A stretch of DNA of 52,708 nucleotides from Alphaproteobacteria bacterium (GTDB lineage Bacteria > Pseudomonadota > Alphaproteobacteria > Micavibrionales > UBA2020). The DNA lies in the NCBI GenBank assembly GCA_028817795.1, contig JAPPOU010000038.1:1-52708 (forward strand). Reading direction: 5' to 3'. Numbering within the stretch: position 1 is the first letter of the stretch; every line of letters begins with the position of its first letter. Position numbers and translations under genes: made by a program. The notes under the pieces were generated by a model. It was not told where the DNA came from, searched no databases, and worked only from the letters and a program-made list of their open reading frames with translations. Positions 7,624 to 16,771 of the stretch are shown here, piece by piece.

Positions 7624-9039
7624 CTACCCCCTCCCCGGCCCCACCCAAACCTGCTGGGCATTGGTAAAGGCGCGGATGCCGTGGGGGCCGAGTTCGCGGC
7701 CATAGCCGGAGCGTTTCATGCCGCCGCTGGGCAGGCGCGGGTCGGTTTTGACGATGCCGTTAATGGCGACCTGCCCCGCTTCGATATTCCGCGCCATGTC
7801 TTCGGCTTTTTTCACATCCGCACTCCAGATGCTGGCGCCAAGGCCATAGGGGGTATCGTTCGCCATTGCCATGGCATGGTTTTCATCGTCCGCCCTGATA
7901 AGAACGGCAACAGGGCCAAAGGTTTCTTCGGTAAAGGCGCACATGCCGGGCTTTACATCCCCCAGCAGCGTGACGGGATAGAAAAATCCAGCGCCGTCCG
8001 GCAAGTCACCACCCAAAAGGCAGGTGGCCCCTTGCTTGATGGTTTCTTTTACTTGCCGGTGCAGGTTATCGCGCAAATCAGCACGCGCCAGCGGGCCGAC
8101 TTTCGTATCCGCCGCCGCAGGGTCGCCCACTTTCAGTGCTGACAGTTTTTCTTTTAACAGGGCTGCCAGTTTATCGTACACAGGCGCTTCAGCAATCACG
8201 CGCTTGGCCGCAATGCAGGACTGGCCTGCGTTGATAATACGCGAGAGGACAATCACATCCGCCGCCGCATCCAGATCAGCATCTTTTAAAACAATGCAGG
8301 GGTCTGACCCGCCCAGTTCCAGAACAGCAGGTTTAATTTCAGAGGCCGCAATACGCGCCACCGCGGCGCCACCATGGCTGGACCCTGTAAAAGACACCGC
8401 CCGCACACGCGCATCGCGGATCACCGCCTCAACAGCAGGCGTTTCAAGGTAAAGGGGCTGGAAGATGCCAGCAGGCACATCCGCTTTTTCAAAAGCCTCT
8501 GCAATCATGGCAGCACAGCCGGGCACATGCGGGTCATGTTTCATCAAACAAGTATTGCCCGCCATCAACGCAGGCGCGGCAAAGCGAAATGCCAGCCAAA
8601 AGGGCGCGTTCCACGGCAAAATGCCCAGCACCGTGCCCAGCGGCATATATTGCACATAGCTCAGCGTTGCATCAGATTCAATCACTTCCCGCGCCAGATA
8701 GCTCTCGGCATGTTCCGCGTAATGCCGCGAGCACCAGATGGATTTTTCAACCTCTCCATCCGCTTCATGCGCGGGCTTTCCCATTTCTTCGGTCATCATC
8801 GCAGCATAGCGGGGTTTGTTTTCCTGCATCACGTCCGCAACAGCGTTGAGCAGTTTTGCACGCGTGGCAAAAGACGTTTCACGCCATTCCCGGCCTGCCT
8901 CTGCAGCGGCGGCAAGGCGTTTTTCAACAGCAGCGCCTGTATCAACGGCCTGTTCCCGCACAACAACGCCCGTTGCGGGATTAATGGCACGTAGCACACC
9001 CTCTGTTTCTGTCTTTTTTTTAGCTTGCAGTCCGGTCAT
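7624..9039 (-). CDS. NAD(P)-dependent aldehyde dehydrogenase (succinate-/aspartate-semialdehyde dehydrogenase-like)
   Basis: ALDH motifs: FTGSSHGG, VLELGGSDP (catalytic Glu) and NAGQSCIAAKR (catalytic Cys). SD AAGGAG before the ATG at 9039. Confidence 0.9.
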   Translation of the reverse strand: MTGLQAKKKTETEGVLRAINPATGVVVREQAVDTGAAVEKRLAAAAEAGREWRETSFATRAKLLNAVADVMQENKPRYAAMMTEEMGKPAHEADGEVEKSIWCSRHYAEHAESYLAREVIESDATLSYVQYMPLGTVLGILPWNAPFWLAFRFAAPALMAGNTCLMKHDPHVPGCAAMIAEAFEKADVPAGIFQPLYLETPAVEAVIRDARVRAVSFTGSSHGGAAVARIAASEIKPAVLELGGSDPCIVLKDADLDAAADVIVLSRIINAGQSCIAAKRVIAEAPVYDKLAALLKEKLSALKVGDPAAADTKVGPLARADLRDNLHRQVKETIKQGATCLLGGDLPDGAGFFYPVTLLGDVKPGMCAFTEETFGPVAVLIRADDENHAMAMANDTPYGLGASIWSADVKKAEDMARNIEAGQVAINGIVKTDPRLPSGGMKRSGYGRELGPHGIRAFTNAQQVWVGPGRG

Positions 9040-9057
9040 TGCAGTCTCCTTGTTTTA

Positions 9058-9323
9058 GGGTCAGGACCTATAATTATATGTTATTATACACGTTTCCAAA
9101 CGGCCAGATGCAAGGAAATGACCGCAGCGCGTAGCGGTGCTACGGGCAAGGTCACTGATACCGCAGATGGCCGTTTGGAAACGTGCCCTTACGGGTGCGA
9201 TAAAAATGGCGCCCTGCGGCTTCAAACAGCTTGCCCGTGACGCCGCCACGCGCTGCGCTGTTTTCATTGCAGGTTCGCCATTTTTCTTCGCATAGAATGA
9301 CATATAATTATAGGCCCTGACCC
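9058..9323. repeat. MITE-like, highly palindromic 266-bp intergenic element
   Basis: Terminal inverted repeats GGGTCAGGACCTATAATTATATG (9058-9080) and CATATAATTATAGGCCCTGACCC (9301-9323) match at 22 of 23 positions. There is an internal perfect 17-bp inverted repeat CACGTTTCCAAACGGCC (9089-9105) with 9169-9185, and a second imperfect long hairpin (9197-9217 with 9269-9291). Confidence 0.6.
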
Positions 9324-10492
9324 TAGGCGGCGGTCTTGCACACAAAATCTTCGTCCAGCGTGAAGAAAGATTCACAGCCATCCTCCGTAATATAAACCGT
9401 ATCGGAAATACCCACGGTTTTATCGCCGTCAACGCCCCACATCCACGGAATCACGTGAAACGTCATGCCAGGGCGCAAAATGGTTTGTTCGCCGGGTTTC
9501 AGGCTCAAAATATTCCCCTCATCCCAGCTGGGCGGAAAGGCGATACCTATGGAATAACCGGCCCGCGTAATCAGCGTCGCGCCCACATCGTTATCCATGA
9601 TAATTTTGCGCACCATCGCATCGGCATCCGACACCGTCAGGCCCGGCTTGAAATGCGCGCGCACTTCCAACAAGGCGGCTTTCATTGTTTCCTGCGCCCT
9701 GTGCATGGAATCCGCCATATCACCGATCACGACGGTGCGCATCATGGCGGTATGGTAACGGCGGTAACAACCGCCCACTTCCAAAAACACGTGTTCACCG
9801 CTTTGCACGGTACGCCCCTCCCACGTGGCATGACCGATCATCGAGCGCGGGCCAGAGGTAATATAGGGCATCACGGCAGGAAACTCCCCGCCCGCCCGGA
9901 ACATGGCAGCGCTTACCTCTGCGGCAATCTCGTTTTCACTCACGCCTGCCACGCAGGCATCAAATCCGGCTTGCATCCCGGCCTCTGTCGCGATAGCAGC
10001 TTTGCGCATCACGTCAATTTCGACATCCGATTTGCACACGCGGCAATCCTCGACAATGCCGTAACAATCATACAACCGCTTGCCATCAAAGGTCGCCATC
10101 ATGCGGTCTTGCTGATAGGCCGGAAAAAAATAACTGTTGCGCTCAAAACCAATATTCTTTTCCATCAGGCCCATCGATTTCAGCGTATCGGCCAAAAGCT
10201 GGATGGCATCGCCTGTATCATTAAAAGTCACGCTTTTTTCAACCCATGTGCGGGCATGTACGTTCGATTCTTCCATCTGGCGCGTCAGCATAACCGGCTC
10301 GCCCTCCAACGGCACGATCAGGGCCTGAAAATAGGAATAACCCGTCGTCTGATAATCTGTCAGGTACATCAGGTCGGCAGGGCTGGTAATCACCGCGACA
10401 TCCAACTGCCGTTCCTGCAGCCGTTTGCGAAAGTTACCTAGCCGCCGGGCATATTCCTCTGGCGGGAAGGTCATATCATCGCGCTGCTTCAT
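9323..10492 (-). CDS. M24-family metallopeptidase/hydrolase (creatinase / Xaa-Pro peptidase / ectoine hydrolase DoeA-like)
   Basis: Creatinase-type N-domain (LDVAVITSPADLMYLTDYQT) followed by a pita-bread fold C-domain (GHATWEGRTVQSGEHVFLEVGGCYRRYH...GYSIGIAFPPSW...PGMTFHV). Start overlaps the upstream stop (ATGA at 10489-10492). Confidence 0.8.
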   Translation of the reverse strand: MKQRDDMTFPPEEYARRLGNFRKRLQERQLDVAVITSPADLMYLTDYQTTGYSYFQALIVPLEGEPVMLTRQMEESNVHARTWVEKSVTFNDTGDAIQLLADTLKSMGLMEKNIGFERNSYFFPAYQQDRMMATFDGKRLYDCYGIVEDCRVCKSDVEIDVMRKAAIATEAGMQAGFDACVAGVSENEIAAEVSAAMFRAGGEFPAVMPYITSGPRSMIGHATWEGRTVQSGEHVFLEVGGCYRRYHTAMMRTVVIGDMADSMHRAQETMKAALLEVRAHFKPGLTVSDADAMVRKIIMDNDVGATLITRAGYSIGIAFPPSWDEGNILSLKPGEQTILRPGMTFHVIPWMWGVDGDKTVGISDTVYITEDGCESFFTLDEDFVCKTAA

Positions 10493-11754
10493 GCGGCACG
10501 CGCTTCTTTAACAACATGAAGAACGGCGCTTTCAAAAATATCCAACCCCTCCGATAAATCCGCATCGGAAATCGTAAGTGGTGGAATCAGCTTCAACACG
10601 CGCCCCTCCGTACCACAGGGGCCGACCAGCAAAAAGTTTTCAAAGCACTTTGCAGCAATGGCCTTTGACAATGCACCATCACGCATATCAAGCGCCTGCA
10701 TCATACCCTTGCCCCGCACGTCGGGCTTTATGCCGGAACAGGCCTTTGCAATTTTTTCAAGACGATCGCGCATAACAACGCCCTTCCTGTCCACGTCCTT
10801 CATCAGCTTATCACCTTCAAAATACCGCAATGCCTCGCGCCCCGCGACAAAGGACAAGTTTTGCCCGCGAAATGTACCGGTATGTTCGCCGGGTGACCAT
10901 TTATCGTGTACGGGCTTGACCATGTTCATCGCCATTGGCGTGCCAAACCCACCCAGCCCCTTGGCAAGGCAGATGATATCAGGCGACAGCTCCATGCCAT
11001 CAAAACTGAAATAAGAACCTGTACGCCCACACCCGGCCTGAATGTCATCGATAATGAACAACGCCCCCATGTCATGCGCCAGCTTTTGCACTTCGTGCAG
11101 CCATTCTTTTGATGCAATATTAACGCCGCCTTCGGATTGTATCGCCTCCAGAATAAAGGCAGCAGGCGGTTTCAGGCCTGATGATGCGTCTTCCAGCGCA
11201 TCACGCAACCGCGCAAGATCGGTCATGCCGCCGCCTGCATGTTCAAACGGCAAGCGATGCACATGATCCAGTGGTACGCCCGCAGCGTTGCGGAAATAAT
11301 CATTTGCCGTACAGGCCAATGCCCCCAACGTCATCCCGTGGAACCCGTGCGAAAACGCAAAAACCGTTTCCCGCCCCGTCACCTTGCGCGCCAGTTTCAG
11401 CGCTGCCTCCACAGCATTCGTGCCCGTCGGCCCCATGAATTGCAGTTTGTAATCCATGCTGCGCGGTTTCATCACGGTATTCACAAAAGCATCAATGAAT
11501 GCGCGCTTGGCTGTGGTGTACATATCAAGGCTATGGGCAATGCCGTCTTCTTCGATGTATTTTAAGATCGCCACCTTCATGTTTTCATTATTGTGACCGA
11601 AGTTCAAAACACCTGCGCCTGCAAAAAAGTCGATATATTCCTTGTCGTTTTCATCGATCTGGCGCGCGCCGCGTGCCGTTTTAAAAACGGTCGGGTAAGC
11701 ACGGCAATACCCGCGAATGTCTGATTCCCATTTCTCAAAAACCTGCGTGTCCAT
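10489..11754 (-). CDS. Class-III aminotransferase, diaminobutyrate--2-oxoglutarate transaminase-like (EctB/DoeD type)
   Basis: The N-terminus ESDIRGYCRAYPTVFKTARGA...EYIDFFAGAGVLNFGHNN...IAHSLDMYTTAK...FMGPTGTNAVEAALKLARKVTGR closely follows the EctB family pattern as I remember it. The PLP region DDIQAGCGRTG is present. Confidence 0.8.
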   Translation of the reverse strand: MDTQVFEKWESDIRGYCRAYPTVFKTARGARQIDENDKEYIDFFAGAGVLNFGHNNENMKVAILKYIEEDGIAHSLDMYTTAKRAFIDAFVNTVMKPRSMDYKLQFMGPTGTNAVEAALKLARKVTGRETVFAFSHGFHGMTLGALACTANDYFRNAAGVPLDHVHRLPFEHAGGGMTDLARLRDALEDASSGLKPPAAFILEAIQSEGGVNIASKEWLHEVQKLAHDMGALFIIDDIQAGCGRTGSYFSFDGMELSPDIICLAKGLGGFGTPMAMNMVKPVHDKWSPGEHTGTFRGQNLSFVAGREALRYFEGDKLMKDVDRKGVVMRDRLEKIAKACSGIKPDVRGKGMMQALDMRDGALSKAIAAKCFENFLLVGPCGTEGRVLKLIPPLTISDADLSEGLDIFESAVLHVVKEARAA

Positions 11755-11929
11755 ATGTATCCTCTCCGTACAAAAATAATTTCATGAAAAAATGCTATCC
11801 CGTAAAAGCGGGCCTGCTCAATCAATTTTGAAAGCCCGCACACAAAACGCAATATTCTTCCCCTGCGCATAATACCGTGGCGCGGGCGGTTTTTTACCGT
11901 AACCTTACGCCTTGCGGCCCAGCAACAAA

Positions 11930-11958
11930 TTTACACTGCCCCTGTTTTGAAATATAAT
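11930..11958 (+). promoter_or_regulatory. Near-consensus sigma-70 promoter for the hybrid kinase gene
   Basis: TTTACA (11930-11935), a 17-nt spacer, then TATAAT (11953-11958). The predicted transcription start near 11965 argues against the GTG at 11963 as the start codon. Confidence 0.5.
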
Positions 11959-11986
11959 TTTTGTGGGGAAAGAATCGTTAAGGGGA

Positions 11987-14161
11987 ATGCTGCCAAATAT
12001 GTGGGGAATTCGGACAAAGGTATTGTTGCCGCTTATCGTTGCGCTGCTGGGCATTGGCGCTTATCTCTATTTCATATGGGTGCCGCAATCCGTTATCGCT
12101 GCCAAAAAGGAATCCATTGACCTTTTACAACACACCCTGGAGATCGTGGACGACCAAATCACGCAAGACATTCTGGATGGCAATACTGATGTCGCCCTGC
12201 AACGGCTAGACCTTATCCTTCTTAAAAACTCTGACTGGAAAAGCATCACCCTGACAGGAAAAGACGGGCAACAACTCTACCCCATAGATAATTTTGAAGT
12301 CGAGAGCGACCCCAACGATGTCCTGCTACCACTCTCACGCGATCTTATCGCTTTTGATGAAAAAGTCGGCACACTGTCTATCACCTATGACTTCACAGAG
12401 ATGTCCAACTTGATACGCCAAAACGCGCTGGGCGTTTTCTGGACAATTTTAAGCGGTATTGCCCTGTTCTCTATTTTCCTGGCCTTTATGTTATACAAAT
12501 ACGTCGTCAACCCTGTGACAGCTTTGGCAGATGTCACCAACAGCATCGCCAATGCCGAAACAACGGAAAAAATGCGCGATGTCGCCATGCCCCCCGCCGG
12601 ACGGGATGAAATTGGCCTTTTGGTCCGTAACTTCGAAACCATGAAGGAAACCGTCCTTTCGAAACAGGAAAGCCTGACGCAACAAAACGAAGAACTGGGC
12701 AAAGCCAAGGAAAAAGCCGAGGCCGCCAGCCAGGCAAAATCCATGTTCCTTGCCAACATGAGCCACGAACTGCGCACACCCATGAACGGCATCCTTGGCC
12801 TCACACGGCTTTTGTGTGAAGGCGACCTTGATAGCGAGCAACGCGAATCTGCACAAGCTATTCTGCAATCCGGCGAAACGCTTTTATATTTGTTGAATGA
12901 CATTCTCGACTTTTCAAAAATCGAGGCCGGCGAACTGGTTTTGGAAACCGTGCCCTTTAACCTGAAAGGTAGCCTTAGGAACGTCATCCACCTTTTATCC
13001 CCCATGGCCAGCAAAAAAGGGATTGTACTGGAATACGATTACGACGAATCAACACCCGACAGCGTTATTAGTGATCCATCCCGTATTGGCCAAATTGTCA
13101 CGAACCTTGTCGGCAATGCTATCAAGTTTACAGACCTTGGCTATGTACGCATTAACGTTATCGGCACGCTGCTGGATAAACAAAAAGAGATGTGGGAAAT
13201 AGCGATCCGCGTTGAAGATACCGGCATTGGCATGACGCCGGAACAAATGAAAAAGCTGTTTTCAAAATTCAGTCAGGCCGATACCTCGACCACCCGCAAA
13301 TACGGCGGCACGGGGCTGGGGCTCGCCATATCAAAACAGCTTACGGAGCTGATGGATGGCAGCATCACGCTGGACAGCACCTATGGCAAAGGCTCTACGT
13401 TTACGGCGACCATGCGCGTCAGAAAGGCCGATTCCGCCATCGCAGCGCGGGAAGCCATAGACACGCCCGCGCTGAGCGAACGCATGGGAGATTTTGCACC
13501 TTATAAAGTTCTGGTCGTCGATGACCACCCCATCAATATGATGTTTGCAAAAAAACAATTAAAGAAAATGGGGTTTGTGTCCATTGACGAAGCTGTCAAC
13601 GGGAAAGACGCGCTGGACAAAATCATCAGCAACAACGATGCACCCTATGACATCATCCTCATGGACTGCCAAATGCCGGAGATGGACGGATTTGAAACCT
13701 GTCGCCGTCTCAGGCAAATCGAGGCCGAGTCAAATAGCAGCCGCCGCACCCCTGTCATCGCCGTCACAGCGCACGCCATGGAGGGGGATAAAGAGATGTG
13801 CATGCAATCCGGTATGGACGGCTACCTCAGCAAACCCATTAACCCGGCCAAGTTGAAAGACACCATACGCGACACCCTGTTCCATGTGCATGATACACAC
13901 ACAATACATGACCATACGCAAGAACAGACCACACCCATTCCCACGGAAGACGTCGCTGAGAAACCTCAAAACCCCTCTATTGACCTTGAGCAGCTAGAGT
14001 TATTGACGGACGGCGATCCCGATATGGAGCGCGAAATGGCAGAAATCTTCTTCCGTACCACGGTGGAATCCGTAGAACTCTTAAACGACCATGTTCGCGG
14101 TAAAAACGACGATAAAACATGGAAGGGCGCGGCGCACAAAATGAAGGGGTCTTCCGCGTAA
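11987..14161 (+). CDS. Hybrid sensor histidine kinase / response regulator (TM-HAMP-HisKA-HATPase-REC-HPt) ending at an in-frame TAA inside the HPt domain
   Basis: H-box [17 protein letters not shown]-box [10 protein letters not shown]-boxes EDTGIGM and [10 protein letters not shown]. Receiver [11 protein letters not shown]...[12 protein letters not shown]...SKP. HPt motif [10 protein letters not shown] is followed by TAA (14159-14161). The start is ATG 11987 or 11999; the track's 11963 is a GTG upstream of the predicted transcription start. Confidence 0.85.
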   Translation: MLPNMWGIRTKVLLPLIVALLGIGAYLYFIWVPQSVIAAKKESIDLLQHTLEIVDDQITQDILDGNTDVALQRLDLILLKNSDWKSITLTGKDGQQLYPIDNFEVESDPNDVLLPLSRDLIAFDEKVGTLSITYDFTEMSNLIRQNALGVFWTILSGIALFSIFLAFMLYKYVVNPVTALADVTNSIANAETTEKMRDVAMPPAGRDEIGLLVRNFETMKETVLSKQESLTQQNEELGKAKEKAEAASQAKSMFLANMSHELRTPMNGILGLTRLLCEGDLDSEQRESAQAILQSGETLLYLLNDILDFSKIEAGELVLETVPFNLKGSLRNVIHLLSPMASKKGIVLEYDYDESTPDSVISDPSRIGQIVTNLVGNAIKFTDLGYVRINVIGTLLDKQKEMWEIAIRVEDTGIGMTPEQMKKLFSKFSQADTSTTRKYGGTGLGLAISKQLTELMDGSITLDSTYGKGSTFTATMRVRKADSAIAAREAIDTPALSERMGDFAPYKVLVVDDHPINMMFAKKQLKKMGFVSIDEAVNGKDALDKIISNNDAPYDIILMDCQMPEMDGFETCRRLRQIEAESNSSRRTPVIAVTAHAMEGDKEMCMQSGMDGYLSKPINPAKLKDTIRDTLFHVHDTHTIHDHTQEQTTPIPTEDVAEKPQNPSIDLEQLELLTDGDPDMEREMAEIFFRTTVESVELLNDHVRGKNDDKTWKGAAHKMKGSSA

Positions 14162-14308
14162 CTGGGCGCACCGGCTTTATCTGCAGCTTGCAAAGAAGCT
14201 GAATTTTCAGCAGATGCCTCAATGGAAGATAAAAAAGCTCTACTGGATAAAATTGAAGCAGAACTCGCAGCCGCCAGACAGTTTTTTGAAGAACGTGGCA
14301 CGGCCTGA
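14162..14308 (+). other. In-frame continuation of the HPt domain after the premature TAA (48 codons plus TGA)
   Basis: Reading on in the same frame gives LGAPALSAACKEAEFSADASMEDKKALLDKIEAELAAARQFFEERGTA*. This completes the canonical HPt H-x-[LM]-K-G-S-[SA]-x-x-L-G-A-x-x-L helix hairpin. Confidence 0.7.
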
Positions 14309-14322
14309 CCTTGCCTTTGCCT

Positions 14323-14982
14323 TCAAGCAGAATGCGCCAAAGACCAACCGTCCGGATCTTTTAAATACTCTTCAACCGTATCCAGAGCAGCACCCGCGAA
14401 AAGCTGGCGGCCCCGCGCCGCAGCCAGAACATCAGCCCATGTAGCCAAATAGTGCAACCGCAGGCCTGCATCCGCCAAAATCTTTTCGCTTTGCGGATAA
14501 ATGCCGTAAAAGAAAACAGAAAAAACATCCGCAACCACGCCGCCTGCATCGCGCAAGGCATCGGCAAATACGATCTTGCTGCCACCGTCCGTTGTTAAAT
14601 CCTCAACCAAGAGTACCTTTGCGCCTTTGCGCAAATCACCCTCTATCTGCGCGCCCCGGCCAAAACCTTTTGGCTTTTTACGCACATACAGCATGGGCTT
14701 TGACAAAGCTTCAGACAAAAACGCCGCATAGGCAATGCCCGCCGTTTCACCGCCTGCGATATAATCCACATTATCAAGGTCGCAGATCTGCGTTAAAAGC
14801 TGCGCGGCCATATCTGTTACAGCCCGGCGCTCGTTAAGATAGGCAATCAACTTTCGGCCATCAATATAGACGGGGCTTGCCTTGCCAGAGGTCAAGGTAA
14901 AGGGCTGGCCTGCATTGATATGAACAGCCCCAATATCCAAAAGGATGTCCGCCGTTGCGCGGGCCGGGGAAACAGCGCTCAT
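14323..14982 (-). CDS. pyrE: Orotate phosphoribosyltransferase
   Basis: PRPP-binding motif VLLVEDLTTDGGSK, an N-terminal FTLTSGKASPVYIDGR motif, and a length of 219 aa. Confidence 0.9.
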   Translation of the reverse strand: MSAVSPARATADILLDIGAVHINAGQPFTLTSGKASPVYIDGRKLIAYLNERRAVTDMAAQLLTQICDLDNVDYIAGGETAGIAYAAFLSEALSKPMLYVRKKPKGFGRGAQIEGDLRKGAKVLLVEDLTTDGGSKIVFADALRDAGGVVADVFSVFFYGIYPQSEKILADAGLRLHYLATWADVLAAARGRQLFAGAALDTVEEYLKDPDGWSLAHSA

Positions 14983-15305
14983 TTGCGCAAAATCCTGTTC
15001 GGATTGTGTGATGCCGGTTTAAACAGCCAAAAATTCCTGAGCAACGTGAACACGCCCAGAAAAACAATGTTAATACCCGCAAACCCCGCCATAACCAGTA
15101 TTGGAATAACGCGTTCGGCCTGCGTGCCGATATAGTTGGATACCACCAAACCCCAGACAAACCAGAACAACACGCACACGCCCAGGATCATCTGGTTAAA
15201 AACCTTGATCTGGCGGGCTTTGTCAGGCGCGTCGGGCTGGAACTTCCAAAAAGCCCACAGCGGCAACAATCCTGCAACCAACAACATAAAGAGTGTAATG
15301 CCCAT
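14979..15305 (-). CDS. Small integral membrane protein (three predicted TM segments), unknown function
   Basis: 108 aa with three hydrophobic stretches. The stop overlaps the pyrE start, which implies co-transcription. Confidence 0.55.
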   Translation of the reverse strand: MGITLFMLLVAGLLPLWAFWKFQPDAPDKARQIKVFNQMILGVCVLFWFVWGLVVSNYIGTQAERVIPILVMAGFAGINIVFLGVFTLLRNFWLFKPASHNPNRILRK

Positions 15306-15348
15306 GACCTCTCCCCCGGTCTTTCATGCATGCGACGTAAAATGCGCG

Positions 15349-15741
15349 TCAGGCAACCTGCGAATCCAGGAAGTCCTGCGTGTTACGATAGTCCACGGCC
15401 CGTTCCATCTGGCGGCGGGCCAGATCATCGGGCAAGAAAGATGCTGCCGTGCCCATGCGGCCCGTGCGCAAAATGCGCGCCCTGTGGCCAACACTAATCG
15501 TTTCGTGCGAGAAACGAAAACGCAACGTCACATCCAAAACCTCGCCTGCCCGCACGCCGGCATCAACCATGCCAAACGCCGTGCCGCCAAGACCCCAATC
15601 CTGAATATCGTAAACCTGGCCGCGTACAACAATATCGGCATCCACGCCGGGAAATCTTACATGCTGGCGGCGGCTATCCGTTTCCACGTTCAAGGAACCA
15701 TCACCCAGCCCCAGTTTCATCAGAAGTCTGTTAATCATCAC
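15349..15741 (-). CDS. PilZ-domain protein (putative c-di-GMP binding)
   Basis: RRxxxR motif (SRRQHVRFP), followed about 25 aa later by a degenerate D-x-S-x-x-G-like element (DIQDWGLGG). Confidence 0.6.
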   Translation of the reverse strand: MMINRLLMKLGLGDGSLNVETDSRRQHVRFPGVDADIVVRGQVYDIQDWGLGGTAFGMVDAGVRAGEVLDVTLRFRFSHETISVGHRARILRTGRMGTAASFLPDDLARRQMERAVDYRNTQDFLDSQVA

Positions 15742-15877
15742 AGAGCACCCTTCTTCTGTTCACACAATGTCACAAAGTATGACATATATATAGCATAGCG
15801 CATATATGCCACAAGCCATGGTTTCCGAGTATAAATTTACATATTGCAAAAGACGCTGTAAAAGAGCCGGAATCAGC

Positions 15878-15907
15878 TTGACTCAAAGCCCCACAACACC
15901 GTATAAA
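15878..15907 (+). promoter_or_regulatory. Candidate sigma-70 promoter of rpmI-rplT
   Basis: TTGACT (15878-15883), an 18-nt spacer, then TATAAA (15902-15907). This leaves a leader of about 100 nt before the rpmI ATG. Confidence 0.4.
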
Positions 15908-16014
15908 CGCTCTCCATAAACAGGCGATCTGGCTGATTTTGGCTGCCTCGGTCGCTGTATACGAAACCCGCGAAGGTCCGGCTATCCGGCCCCCGCCATG
16001 GAAAGGAAAAAGAA

Positions 16015-16278
16015 ATGCCAAAGATGAAAACCCATTCGGGGGCAAAGAAACGCTTTAGCGTGACAGCCCGCGGCAAGGTCAAGGCCCGCGCCGCATGGAA
16101 GCGCCACCTGATGACCAACAAATCCAAACGCGGAAAAATGGAAGGCCGGAGCACAAACATTCTGTGCGAGCCGGATGCCCGCATTATCCTCGACGACTTC
16201 CTGCCCTATCAAAGCAAGAAGCGCCGCCCAAAGCGCATGGATTCGCGCAAACTTGAAGCAGCGAAGGAGAAAGCATAA
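16015..16278 (+). CDS. rpmI: 50S ribosomal protein L35 with a C-terminal basic extension of about 20 aa
   Basis: [37 protein letters not shown] is canonical L35. The ORF runs on to TAA at 16276-16278, overlapping the rplT ATG (TAATG). Confidence 0.9.
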   Translation: MPKMKTHSGAKKRFSVTARGKVKARAAWKRHLMTNKSKRGKMEGRSTNILCEPDARIILDDFLPYQSKKRRPKRMDSRKLEAAKEKA

Positions 16279-16646
16279 TGGCACGCGTTAAAGGTGGGAC
16301 GTCATCTATCAACCGTCACAAAAAAGTTCTGAAACAATCCAAAGGCTACGTTGGCCGGTCCAGCAACTGCTATCGTTCGGCAAAACTGCGCCTTGAAAAA
16401 GCATTGCAGTATGCATACCGCGATCGCCGCAACAAAAAGCGCGATTTTCGTGCGCTTTGGATTCAGCGTATCAACGCGGGCGCGCGCCTGCACGGCCTGA
16501 CCTATTCCAAAATGATGGGCGGACTGAAAGCTGCCGGTATCGACCTGGACCGCAAAGTCCTGTCCGATATCGCAATCCACGATGAAGCGGCCTTTGCTGC
16601 CCTTGCAAAACAGGCACAAACCGCACTGGATAAGAAAGCCGCCTAA
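16278..16646 (+). CDS. rplT: 50S ribosomal protein L20
   Basis: [24 protein letters not shown]...[23 protein letters not shown] is canonical L20. Confidence 0.95.
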   Translation: MARVKGGTSSINRHKKVLKQSKGYVGRSSNCYRSAKLRLEKALQYAYRDRRNKKRDFRALWIQRINAGARLHGLTYSKMMGGLKAAGIDLDRKVLSDIAIHDEAAFAALAKQAQTALDKKAA

Positions 16647-16673
16647 GAACCGCTTTCGATAAGAACAAAAAAG

Positions 16674-16707
16674 AAAACCCCCGGCACATCACCGGGGGTT
16701 TTCTTTT
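16674..16707 (+). terminator. Rho-independent terminator after rplT
   Basis: AAAACCCCCGG-CACATCA-CCGGGGGTTTT followed by CTTTT. Confidence 0.8.
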
Positions 16708-16771
16708 GCGCCGCCGCACGACTGTGCTAAAAATAAAGCTTAGAAAACACGCAATTTAGAATAAGGTTGCC

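Noticed and set aside
9455-10441. 328-aa plus-strand ORF, with many similar long ORFs elsewhere: 31-441(-), 434-790(-), 12385-13014(-), 16819-17541(-), 26202-26717(+), 26737-27288(-), 35427-35996(+), 44351-44977(-), 51025-51861(+).
   Set aside because: All lie antisense to, or out of frame with, genes that carry unambiguous family motifs. Their translations are Arg/Ala/Gly/His-rich low-information sequences of the kind expected from shadow ORFs in GC-rich coding DNA.
7146-11962. Genomic island integrated at tRNA-Ala.
   Set aside because: I could find no integrase gene and no direct repeat of the tRNA 3' end downstream. The adjacent genes are ordinary catabolic enzymes.
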